Of a stretch of 64,000 nt of DNA, positions 51,801 to 64,000 are shown in pieces (within the stretch, counting starts at the first letter, position 1; each line of letters begins with the position of its first letter). Made by a program: the position numbers and the translations under genes. The stretch comes from Octopus sinensis (lineage: Eukaryota): assembly GCF_006345805.1 (NCBI RefSeq), contig NC_043011.1, positions 64,244,464 through 64,308,463 on the forward strand. Direction: 5' to 3'. The notes under the pieces are model-generated. The model saw nothing but the letters and a program-made list of their open reading frames with translations, was not told the origin of the DNA and did not search any database.

Positions 51801-52899
51801 TACCCCTGATGTAGTATCAGACAGTGGCTCTCATAGCTTCTGATCTTAACTGATTGGAAGTGATGTACATTGTTCCCCGAGCGCACAGGAATCCGGAGCC
51901 CCATTGGTGATCTCCACACCATTTGTGGAACCTATTTACAAACCAGTGGGGATTTGTTGTATTCACCAAGCTGCTTCTGTTACTGTCTAGTCCAACCCTC
52001 ACATATTCAAGATTACCTGACGTCGAAGACAACAAATCCTCATTGAAAAATACAACAGAGTAGTTGGTATTGTAGCATCGCAAGATGGTTACAACACCAA
52101 AGATTGTAGGAGCACTTGAAATGTTCAATAAAGGAATTGAAAGTTATTTGAGAATGATAGCTGGATTACCCTCCGTTCAGATTGCATTTTCTGGTAAGTA
52201 CACGTATTCAAAATTGTATTGTAGCTATGAATGACTGTATAAATGAACAACCTGGTGTGATTATTTTAATGACCTGTAATTGTATATAGCGCGTTTCTCT
52301 GCCCTAGATGTCAGGAAGGCACTCGGCAAGTGAAGGAAATTGAATCGAAAGTTGAAAATGGAAGTTATAATAATCATAATATAATTGAACAGCACCCAAA
52401 ACAAAACCAAGCAAAAGAACGCCGGACTTATAAATATAAACAGTTAAAAATGGTTGATTTATGAGGTGCACCCACACACAAACATGCACACACATTACTA
52501 TGCCGTACTCCACGAAAACATAGAAGAATAAATGCATGCTGTTGATAGCCAAGAAAATGAAGAAAACCCACAACATGTGCCATAGAAGGCTGATACCCGA
52601 TAGAAGACACACAACCTGTGCTAAACAGACAGCACACAATATAAAGACAAATACTTCAGAAGACACGAAGGAAAACCCATAAGAAAATGTGCTGATACAA
52701 TACCATATGCCCGCTGCCTTAACATTTTCAGCATACATCACCTCACCTGTAGAAAGTTGTAACAAATGATGTAATCAAAAGTTACATGAAACTTTCAAAT
52801 GTTGAAAAATAATAAGAGATGACGATGGTGACGAACGTTGACTTATCTTAGTTTATGAGAGACGAGAGTTTACGAAAACGAAACTGGAGCTTTAATGGG

Positions 52900-55500
52900 A
52901 GGCTTCTCTTTCGGCCGTGCATCAGTAAATGTGCAGACTGACTACAACTATTATCCTAATACAATTTCAGCATATAATAGAGCAAAGAGGAGGAAGTGGA
53001 CCGGCGAAGAAAACGAGATAGTTATAAAGGGACACTTAGAAAGGGAACCTAAAAGAATGGGCTATCGAAAACGCATGTTAAGATTTTGGTTGCAAGTGGT
53101 ATGTTTAATGCGACTGAACATGCTAATAGAAGAAAGTGGATGAGAGAATTGCTGGTAGAAGAGATCACAAGAGAAATGGAAAAGAAAGTCGAGGCAGTAG
53201 GAATGACAAACAATAACATAAGAGATAATTAAACCAAAAAAATAATAGCGCTACCATAAAGGAAGGGACAACTGGCACCGATGACGTCAATTATTTGAGC
53301 AAGATCAGACGAACTTAAATTAGATGCAGGAAGTGATGAGTAAAGAAGTAAGAAAAAGATTGTTTGCATTAAAAGACATCAAGAGAAGGAGTCTACGACA
53401 AATTGCAAGGAGTGTAAATTCTGCTATCAGGAATATAGATACTAAATAATGGAAGAGTTATAACAGAGCATCATAGCAGTAGCAGGTAAATAATCCAGGT
53501 AGCAGAAAAGAATAGATCGGTATCAGCAGTATAGATTATTCGAGGCAGACCAGATGAGAATTTATAACCAGATAAATAGTGTAGAATGAAGTAATGGAAA
53601 TGAGAAACCTAATGCAGATGAAGCTTAAAAGATCTGGAGTAATATTTGGTATAAACCTGTGTATCAGAATGGAGATGCAGTACGGTTAGAGAATGTGAAG
53701 TAAGAAATGGTGGGTGAGAAGCAGCCAGCTCAAAGATTAGCTAGTACGTTAAAGAGTAAAGTGTTAGGAAAAATGCCAAATTCGAAGGTTCCAGGATGAG
53801 ATTAATTCAGTAGTTTGCATGGGAGGCTGAGGGCGCAACTTCAGGATTGCATTAATCGAGGAATAACACCGGAATGGAGTACTTCAGGGAGGACAATAAA
53901 CATTATGAATGATAAGAGCATAGGTAATACAGTTAGCAACTATAGTCCAGTCACCGTTGTTAACGGGAATGCTTTCAGAACGATAAGATTGCAGATAAAA
54001 TGATAGGGGAACGCATGATCTATTATATATAGTCAAAGCAGTACAAAATGAAGTAAAAACTTGAAGGACAAAATCTAATGGTAGCAATGATAGGATATAA
54101 GAAAGCCTATGACAGGATCCCGCACTCACGGATAAAATGCATGTTTCCGTATGTTCAGTACAGGAGTCAACACAGTGAGTGAAATATTAGTCATGGAAAG
54201 TGGACAAGTAGTCAAGTGAAGGAAGCCAATTAACAGATGGCTAGATATTAAAATCAATGAAATAAGAGGGGAAGTTATAAATATAAAGGTTTATTAGAAT
54301 ATGACACAGCACTAATTATAGAAGGAAAAACGAAAATTGTGAAGTCAGCTAATGGAGTTAAAACATAAATCTCCGTATCTATTGAAGGCTGTAAATACGT
54401 GAGCAGTATCGTTACTTAGATACTTACCAGCTTGTGTAGATTGGACAAAAACTGATTTGGCAAAGCTAGACAGAAGAACTAGGAATGAATTCTATAAGAA
54501 TAGAGGATTCCACCAAAGGGAAGTAGTATGAAGTGTATACTTACCAGGAAAGGAAAGTGAAAGAGGACTGATATCAGTGGAAGACTACGTGGAGTTAGCT
54601 AGAGTAGATATAGACTCCTATGAAGGTAAGAGTTAAGACATTTTATCAAAGGCTTCTAGAGTCACGGCAAAATATAGGGAAACCAAAACACCAAACGAAT
54701 TTAAAAACCATAAAAAAAGGACAAAAATATCTGACTAGCAGGAGATCCTGCTGCATGGGGGATTCCCAAAGTTTGCTTCAGCAAATAGTAGTAGTGATAC
54801 ATGGTTATGCCTGCTGAATGGAAAGCTGAAAAGAGAGATGAAAAGTTTCCTAGTAGCTGCAGAAGATAAAGCATTCAGGACTAATGAGATAAAATCCAAA
54901 ATAAACAAATGAAAACCCCAAAACAATAGGTTCCCAGAATAGGCTATGCAAATCAAAAGATGAAAGCGTTACTCACATTGTTAGTGAATATAGCATGCTG
55001 GCACATATAGAATGCAAGAAGTGGCATGACAACCTAGGGAAAGTAATCCCCTAGGAACTATGTAGAATGCTAGGATTTGAACTTACAGATAAACGTTAAG
55101 AACATGAACCTAGTAAAGTACTAGGAAGCAAGAAGTACAAGATACTAATGGGACGTTAACATTCTCACTGACAGAGTAATAGAAGCTAGACTACCTGATT
55201 TGGAAGTAGTAGATTAGAAGAATAGGGTGTCAAATGAGGAAAAACATCCATATAAGATGTGTAGAAAAAATAGCAATGTACGAGTACCTAGCCATTGAAT
55301 TACATAGATTATGGAAACTGTAGGATAAATGTATCCCAGTAGTAATAAATGCATTGGGAATTATCCCTAAAAATCTGAACAGATGGAAAGGAAATAAGCA
55401 TATAACCCGGTTTAGTACAGCTGCAGAAAACCGTGTTATTAGGCACAGTTAGAATACTTAGGAAAGTTCTTTGCATCTAAGATTACTAGCTGTAGCCCAA
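52900..55500 (+). mobile_element. Heavily degenerate near-full-length R4/Dong-clade LINE
   Basis: N-terminal RRKWTGEENEIV...GYRKRMLRFW, RT remnant IGYKKAYDRIPH, C-terminal ALGIIPKNL...LQKTVLLGTVRILRKVL; (AAT)n at 55585-55840. Confidence 0.8.
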
Positions 55501-55605
55501 GAGCAAGGGCCTTAACATCTACTTAATGTTTGCAGATGTTAAGATTATTTTCTTTTCCAACAGTCTAATCTCTTGAGTTTATGTGAATAATAATAATGAT
55601 AATAA

Positions 55606-55662
<57 letters not shown>

Positions 55663-55744
55663 TAATAATAATATAATAGTAATAATAATAGTAATAATAA
55701 CAACAACAACAACAATAGAAATAATAACAACAACAATGATGATG

Positions 55745-55813
<69 letters not shown>

Positions 55814-55934
55814 TTAATGATGATAATAATAATAAACAATAAGGAATATTTTCACAGATACGACGGCTTTGGGACCTACACGGGATATATACCAACACTA
55901 TGGAATACCAACAGAAAAAAAACAACAATATGGT

Positions 55935-56990
55935 AGTCGCGAAAAGATCTACGTACCTAGTGACCGATTAAAAACGGTGAAATTGTCCGTGAATGCCGAC
56001 ACAGCTCACTCAACCTAGATCGTGCCAGATACACATCAACGTCTCCAGTTTGCAAAGTAGATGTTCTTGAGCTAGTCGAAACTGAAGACACGAGAGTTGA
56101 CCATATTCACGTATCGAGTGCAGCATACGAAATATTTACCATAGATAACCATTCTCCTTATTCATCAAGTACCTGCTGCTATATATTGCGGCAATACAAA
56201 CGCGGATGATGGGAAAGAAACTCACAGCCTTCAACACAGTCCCCAAGTATTGCTTGTCGGGCATATCAAAAGCTTTAGATCGATTAAAACTGATCAATGT
56301 CCACTGATGTCATGCAGTTTACGTTCCCGCTCTATGATATATCTCATGGGCTGGATGTTGAAATGGGTACATGAGCTCCGAATGCGCTTAATTGCCTTTC
56401 ATAAGTGAAAATTTCGACCCGGTTCGTCAACACATTGCTAACACCAATGGTTCGGAATCTATATTTATCGAAATTATGTATTGAAAAATGTCTGTGTTTC
56501 CAATACTTGTTTGAGATAATTATTAGCTGCACCACTGCACCACAAACTAATTTTAAAAAGGCAGATCCTCGAAACCAGGCAACCACTTGCTTCGCTCAAT
56601 TCTACAGTCGTCTTCATTTAGTGCAACACTTTGCCCCTTCTGTCGTACGTCGTGGTAGGCACTGAGGTCTCTCCGCCTAGATTCACAATTAAACTTATCC
56701 TGCCGCTCTTCGACCCGATCACTTCAGTTCAAAAGCCTTATACATATGCTTGTTAACAAGCAACAAGTGAACGTTGCGGTCCACAGACGATCCAATATTG
56801 ACTGTTTCCACATTCTTTCTCCACCACTAGGACCAGTCTAATGGCTTTTTCTACTGCGAGTTATACAACTCATGCACACTCTCTGACAATGCAGCTTTCG
56901 TACCTCCTCGATCTCATTCCTTGGTTATCTCTGGCCATTGACTATAATCTCGCTGGAAAATCCATATTGAAACACATGTCTAAAATATTT
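55935..56990 (-). mobile_element. Tx1/L1-like RT fragment
   Basis: Reverse complement shares long stretches with 28290-28790 (e.g. ctcagtgcctaccacgacgtacgacagaaggggcaaagtgttgcact). Confidence 0.65.
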
Positions 56991-57264
56991 ATTCATTATC
57001 AATTCATTCCGCTTTTTATTTATCATATGATATCGTGTACCACTGATATTTGTTTTCATGTGTAGCGCTTGTCAATCTATTCTAACAATTTTCGGGGGAA
57101 TGCATATCAAATAATAAGCGTCAAAATTTAAACATGTTAACGATTATGATGACTTTATATGTTTGTACCTTGCCCTAGAATTGCATTGCTAACAACCTCC
57201 CTCCCGATACCTAAATCACTTCTCTACTACAAATAATTGTTTTTTTCATCCTTGGAGTTATCAC

Positions 57265-57303
<39 letters not shown>

Positions 57304-57357
57304 ATAGCTTTATATTTTTATAGCGTGCTTTCACTTCACTCTCAGTACACATATATG

Positions 57358-57431
<74 letters not shown>

Positions 57432-57550
57432 GTATCATAACCACGATTGTAATGAGAAAAATTAACTTTCTTGTAAAATAGAATTGAGCAACATAAATAT
57501 TTATGCCCATCCTTCTATGATACTGACAGGTTCATTTTTTTTTCTTTCAG

Positions 57551-57638
57551 ATTACTCCGAAGGTATAGAGTTTGTCTTTTTGGAATAAGTGATGAATGTT
57601 TTGCATATTTCAGGTTCTACCATTATTATAAATGTGTG
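57551..57638 (+). CDS. Gene C exon 3: LLRRYRVCLFGISDECFAYFRFYHYYKCV
   Basis: ttctttcag acceptor, GTG|gtaaga donor, 88 nt, phase 2 to 0. Confidence 0.92.
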
Positions 57639-57936
57639 GTAAGATCATAAGTACTGTTTCTTCAATTTTTCTTATTCGCGTTTAATTTTCATTCGTTTTC
57701 TATGGATTTTCAAGCTATATATATATATATGAAAATGTGAATAGAAATAGCTTTTCTGAAAATGTTTCCATTTTAATAGTTAGAAATTCCAGATTTTGAA
57801 AATGATGACTCTGATGGGAGTCTCTCGCTTAAAAGCAGATAATTTAAAATTTAGTCACTGCTTAAATAGGAAGTGTCACAAGGATACACATATAGAAGCA
57901 CAAATGCCACCACCGTCTACATACACTCACACACAC

Positions 57937-58002
<66 letters not shown>

Positions 58003-58984
58003 CATATTACTAATATATTATTTAAACAACTGAATGGAATTAACCCATACAACATGCCTTAACCTTTTTTGTTCTCATTAGCATTTATACATCCGCTATA
58101 TTGTAAACCTACAATGGTTCCATAAGTAACGTTTGTTTTCTATTATGATTTTTAGAATAATAATTATAATATATATAATTACTTCCTATGTGATCGGAGT
58201 CAAATAGGGAAAATGTGAATGGCATAGATTAATGAAACGATGACACCGAGAACAAGAGAAAAAATAAAGAAATAGAGAAAAAAAAAGACAAAAGACGCAT
58301 AAAAGTTCACATCACAATTGATCGTTCCGATAGTGTAGATGTTAGTTTATAAGTCTTTCGATGCAATTCCTTGTAAATCCATGTATAGTTGCAACTTTAA
58401 TGTTGTAAATATTCAAAGGTAAACACGAGCGTATTGGGGTTTGGTAACAGAACGGTAACAGAGGTGGCTGATAAGGGGAAAAGAGAAAGAAAATATATAG
58501 AAAGAGAGAGGGTATTGGTTGGGAAGCAGCAGGCACCAAAAATGGAGGAGGAAAGGGAGGATTGGTGCGAAGGATAAAATAAGGGGTATAAAATATGATA
58601 AGCAGATATATAAATAAATAAAAAAATAAATGAATAAGGGTAAATAAGGAGAGGGATTAGGCAAAGGACGATAACGTAAAGAGGTATTCAATAGAGTAAA
58701 ATGAAAAGGGTTCAAAGGCAGTTTTATGTACCAGTACAATTCTACGAGTTTGTTGGGATTGCGGAGGAAGTCGATTTGTAAGTGTTTGTGTCTATCTCAT
58801 GGCTAAGATCAGTTGGTGTAGAAGTAACTAAACAATTTCCTACAGCCAGTGATCTTAGCCATAAAGCAGACACAACACTCATCTACCTTTACCTCCTCTC
58901 TCCTTATTTCTCCCCCCACACCCCGTTTTTAGTTTCCTTTCATTATTTTTATTATGCACATATTTTTGTGCGTATATGTAGATA

Positions 58985-59318
58985 AAGGGTAAAGACCCCC
59001 TTCGGTCATGAATGACCATGGGATTGCACCTAGAAAGTTACCCTCCTAGACACAAGTCGGGGCAAGGTTGTTTATGGAAGACCAGCAGTCGCCCATGCAT
59101 ACCAGCCTCCCCTCTCCACGCCACCAGTGTTATCCAAGGGAAAGACAAAGGTCGATACAGCTTGGCACCTGTGACGTCGCAACTCATTTCTACAGCTGAG
59201 TGAACTGGAGCAACGTGAAATAATGTGCCTTGATCGAGAACACAACACGCAGCCCGGTCCGGGATTCGAGCTCACAACCTCACGATCGTAAGCTCGACGC
59301 GCTAACCACTGGGCCATA
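58985..59318 (-). mobile_element. Full-length tRNA-derived SINE
   Basis: Minus head atggcccagtggttagcgcg...gagctcgaatcccgg (A/B boxes). Confidence 0.85.
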
Positions 59319-59441
59319 TTATGTATGAATATAGGTGAATGAATACATGTATATATCGTTGGGTTTCTCTGTGCGTTTGTATATGTAAGGACCAGTGTTC
59401 TTATGTGCGTGTTTCTGTACGTGCATATATATATACATACT

Positions 59442-59504
<63 letters not shown>

Positions 59505-59773
59505 TCGTGGATGTACGTCTCAATATAGGTGGTTACGTTTAGTTATTTGTATATGTTTGGGTATGCATGTGTGCATTTTTGTATTTGTATATCTGTATAC
59601 GGCTATATAAACTCTGTATCTAAGGTGTGAATGAACCCTAAATTATCAGTTAGAAGATTGCTTTTAAGCGAGAAATTTCCATGAGATTTCCCTTTTGTAT
59701 ACTTACAAACGTCTAAATATTAAAATGTATAAGAAAAGTCATTTGTATTCTTTTTGTCAAATACATTACACTA

Positions 59774-59866
<93 letters not shown>

Positions 59867-59874
59867 ATATACTT

Positions 59875-60010
59875 TGATAGGTTTCGGCCATTATTGGCCC
59901 AGGCCATGCCTAACTTAATAGCACCACCTGGTGAAGTCTTTCAAGTCAGAATTTGGGCATTATGGCCCACTCAAGTAGAGAGTTATTGTTTACAGAGACA
60001 TATCCGGGTG
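59875..60010 (-). mobile_element. Extreme 3' fragment of the 30011 LINE family
   Basis: High similarity to 30035-30165; embedded in (AT)n. Confidence 0.85.
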
Positions 60011-60036
60011 TATATATATATATATATTTATATATA

Positions 60037-60208
<172 letters not shown>

Positions 60209-60613
60209 ATATATATATACACATATATATATATATGTGTGTGTGTGTAAATTACAATATGTTACTCATATATGTATATTCTTGTAATTGTCATTTTAGT
60301 AAATAAATAAATAAAGTTGACATAATATAATATCTAAGAGTTGATAAATCACCTTTTGATGCCCACCATTTTCTTATTGCTCTATGAATTAATGGTAAAA
60401 TATCGCTCTACCTTCACCCATTTAGTACATTCGGTAACGTAATTGCAATACAATAAAAAAAATACTTGTGCATTAATAATTGGGTATTCTACCAGCAATA
60501 TATTGGATAGATATTATCCCTTAGTTGTTGAATACACTACCTCTAAATTATATACATACATACACACACACACATATATATATATACATATATGGATAGA
60601 TATATATATATAT

Positions 60614-60724
<111 letters not shown>

Positions 60725-60735
60725 TAGATATACAT

Positions 60736-60944
60736 ATTGATGTGACATCGTGAGTACCGCTGGCGATTATTTTCCTCTGTCTTCTCTTCTCGGGATCTTT
60801 CCTTCTCCTATGTTTCCGACGAAGAACTCCGCTCAAAACGTTAAACCCTCCTTCTTTCCTTCTTTCCTGAGCGTCCAATAATAATATATTTGTTCCACGT
60901 CCTCGCGTTGTTGTGTTTTTTGTGTTTTCTTGTTTGGTTTAACT

Positions 60945-60945
<1 letters not shown>
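60736..60945 (+). mobile_element. Short pseudo-LTR fragment with point-mutated hammerhead
   Basis: tgttt-CCGACGA-agaactccgctc-AAAA-cgttaaac; homologous to 8591-8749. Confidence 0.7.
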
Positions 60946-60999
<54 letters not shown>

Positions 61000-61094
61000 G
61001 TACGTGTGTATGTGTGCGTGTGTGTACTTGTCTCTCTATACGTGCCTATGTATCGGTATATGTACGTTATTTAAACGATATTTTTTAATTTCAG

Positions 61095-61127
61095 CTTAAT
61101 AACGGAGCAGATATCAACAGAGATATG
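61095..61127 (+). CDS. Gene C exon 4: LNNGADINRDM (putative omega-site linker)
   Basis: taatttcag acceptor, ATG|gtaggt donor, phase 0-0. Confidence 0.85.
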
Positions 61128-61614
61128 GTAGGTAGCACGAATGTAAAGTATTGTTAATATTTCACTGATATGCTAGGGCAGAGCAGGTGTAGTTTTTCAA
61201 CGATAAGTCTAGGTTATCACCGAAGAATCATCTCAATATCTCCTCCAGATTTGGTAATACTAATAGGTGCAATTTGAGTAGCATTTTCCTTCATAATTTT
61301 CACGTATACCTTTCGTAATATTATAGCAGTAAATACATTGCTAACACTAAAAATAAGATTAATAACTTTGAAATATGTATATGAATCATGTATTTGAAAA
61401 GATATGCACCAGGTAACGTTGGATAATCTCTGTGGTTCCAGCGTATAGTTGGTAAGTATTGAAATATCGGATATGATGTTTCGGTTGTGTTTACAGAAAG
61501 ATTCAACTCTATGAGTATTTAGCTGGTACGCGTTACATTGAGAAATACGGTGTTGGTATACACTAATGCATCCGACAAGTCCTAAAAAGCCTTTGTCTAT
61601 TATAATTAAATGAA

Positions 61615-62875
61615 TAATAACATACGATCGACGATTATCAGCTCATTACAGCTGTTTCTTAAGTAAAATTACACAGAATAAGAACATTACATCATTATAA
61701 AACACCGTAATCATCAGATGAGAAGTTATTTAAAAAAAAAACATAAAACTATCCAAAGACTACAGCAGGGATGTGGTTAGACTCTGTCGAGACCAAATAT
61801 GAAACGTTAGAATGAACCAATAGGATAGCAGTTTGTATTAACAACGTAGTTCTTTAAAGCGTGTAATCTGATATCTAAGGTCAGTGACCCGGGTGAGAGG
61901 AAGTCTGCTAGCCTGGGGCTTAGGATGACTGGAGTGATGCGGTAGGAAATTATTTATTTCGGTAGGCTTGGAGTAGCGGTATGTAATTGAGAGGTCATAA
62001 AACAATGAAGGGTACGGGAAAAAGCAATGATAAATAAACCAAAACGTAAGGGTGAAGGAAAAATACAAATACAAAACTAAAGTCATACACGTTTAACATT
62101 CCGTATAGTTTATCATTGGACTACTCCGTACTGCTGGCTTTACTTGATATATGACCTGCTATTTCCTTAAACTCCGTATAAAGTGTAGTTCATTATATAA
62201 TACCATAATTAAAAATAAAATCTAAGCTCCCTATTCATAGGTGGCGCTCTATTCTAATACAACTTCAATTCCATAAATATTCGATCTGATTATTTGATGG
62301 CCTTGGTATCCGCCCCTAATTGCAACCGACTTCCATTGAATACCCCTAAATTTCTGTTGCTCTGTCCCCCTCTTCTGGTCATTACCTTTAGCTAGATTTT
62401 CTTATACCCCTTATAGTATACTTTTATTTTTATTTTTCGTTCACCCTAACATTTCATTTATTTATGATTCTCCCCCACCCCGTATCCTTGTTTTATGACT
62501 TCTCCATTACACCACACTATTCCAAGCCTGCAATAATAAATTATCTATTAGCCCCACTCCAGTCAGCCAATCTTCTAGGCTATCAGACTCCTTCTCACCC
62601 CAATAACTCACGTTAGATATCAGATTACACACTTCCAAGAACTATTTTCTCAGCGTAAACGGCCAACATGGTCGTCTTTATCCCTTTTCCCATTTGGCAA
62701 CGACAGGCTCTAGCTACATTCCTGCCGTAATCCTGAGATATTCTTTTGTTAAGTAAAATTATTCTTCATCTTGCGATCACTGTCTTTTACGATGATGTAA
62801 TTCTCCCATTCTTCTATTTAACGTTACCTCAGAAACAGTTACAGTGAGTTGACAATTATCCATCATATGTTACGT
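61615..62875. mobile_element. Old inverted pseudo-LTR pair (~475-bp arms)
   Basis: 61615-62090 aligns with the reverse complement of 62400-62875 at roughly 70% by eye. Confidence 0.75.
61642..61722 (-). ncRNA. Type I hammerhead motif with weak stem II
   Basis: CTCAT/ATGAG stem I, CTGATGA, TTA/TAA stem II, GAAA, palindromic ACAGCTGT stem III, GUA triplet. Confidence 0.55.
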
Positions 62876-62914
62876 AATATATTATATATCTAACATGTCA
62901 TATCCTCTTTGCAG

Positions 62915-62974
62915 GTCAGGCTGGAAACATTGTTGGCCTTTGCATTTGTCACTCAATTAATGATAAGGAAATAA
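62915..62974 (+). CDS. Gene C exon 5: VRLETLLAFAFVTQLMIRK* (hydrophobic tail)
   Basis: tcctctttgcag acceptor; 19 codons + TAA; AATAAA at 62970-62975. Confidence 0.85.
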   Translation, partial: VRLETLLAFAFVTQLMIRK

Positions 62975-63759
62975 AGAATCTATTGTAATAAGTATATTGT
63001 ATCATTTTATGTTTCTTTTTCTTTGTTTTTGTATGTCAGAAATATGACGTATTTTTGCGATGAACAGTTGCCTTCCTTATATTACTGGCCATTACGCCAT
63101 GATAAATTCGTTGTCATAATGTTGCATCTTGAAAGACTGAAAGCTACTAAGAAAATCTTCTTATGGTATTCCTTTTCTCATTACAATTTTTAGTAGAAAT
63201 ACCATTGTCTGCTGTCAATAAAATAAAGGACCAATCCCATATTTGAATGTACGGGATAAACAAGGCCTTCCTCTCAAAACTATTTGTTTGGTCTCGAGTT
63301 GTCAGAATCATTAACGAGTGTGAAAATATATTTAGTGGCATTGTTCCGTCATTTATAAATTCTTGGGACAACTTAAGAACTAGATTCGATGTAATCGACT
63401 ATACGCTCCTTTTGAATTAGCTAACACTGTGCCAAATTTCATTTTTTTTTCTGTAATTCTTTTTTCCACTCTATTCCTAAATTCTAACTTCTATTTTCAC
63501 GCAGGCTAATTGCGAATTTCATTATTTTGACTTTCCTAAATGAAGCACCAGTGAAGGATTCGAATTTTGGTCATCGAAACGCACCTTAAATCTTCTCTAA
63601 AATACTTTAACAAAAAAAGATCTTAACATTTTAAGCGATATCAATAATTCTTACGTTTTGACTATGGCCAGCAGAAACAAATTATAAGAGCTCTCAGATT
63701 TAATTCACTGCTGTGAGTGGTTAAGTTTCTTTTTTTTATCATACTATCAACATGAAAAC

Positions 63760-63965
63760 GATCTTTATCTTTTCCTTTATTTATATCATTCATTGAACAG
63801 CGGCCATTTTGGAGCACAGCCTTGAAGTATTTCAGTCGAAGGAATCCAGGCAAATAATTACTTTAAGCTTGGTAGTTATTTTATCGGTCTCTTTGCTAAG
63901 CACCTGACACGCAAACACACTAACACCGGTTCTTAAGCGGTACTGGGGAACAAACATAGTCACAA
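63760..63965 (-). mobile_element. SINE 3' half (12345 family)
   Basis: gcggccattttggagcacagccttgaag...gtcga matches the reverse complement of the 12345-12490 copy. Confidence 0.6.
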
Positions 63966-64000
63966 CTGTACACACACACATAAATATATATATATATATA

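Noticed and set aside
58340-58410. TGCAA/TTGCA stem followed by GAAA on the minus strand
   Set aside because: No CUGANGA box; too degenerate to call.
59230-59318. tRNA gene
   Set aside because: A/B boxes belong to a SINE head; there is no complete cloverleaf and the sequence continues into the SINE body.

Overview
AT-rich eukaryotic genomic DNA dense in microsatellites and transposon relics. The SINE/LINE repertoire looks like an octopod cephalopod (inference from recalled repeat families, not a database match). The main result is a tandem, same-strand (+) array of three paralogous multi-exon genes (A 7005-18027, B 22065-44267, C 45892-62974), which the ORF track misses because the exons are only 33-108 nt. 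Each encodes a ~105-111 aa protein with a signal peptide and an invariant six-cysteine frame C-x7-C-x16-C-x8-C-x7-C-x11-C. A and C also have a GPI-signal-like hydrophobic tail. B and C differ almost only at amino-acid-changing sites, a positive-selection-like pattern. B has lost the anchor exon and may have become a secreted form. The introns carry Penelope-like pseudo-LTRs with hammerhead ribozyme motifs (at least two look intact), long inverted repeats, a near-full-length CR1-group LINE with CCCH-finger ORF1, RT-less Gypsy-like relics, R4/Dong, Tx1-like, mariner, Tc1, Helitron-like and SINE fragments. No rRNA, true tRNA or CRISPR was found. All alignments and counts were done by hand; repeat boundaries are approximate.
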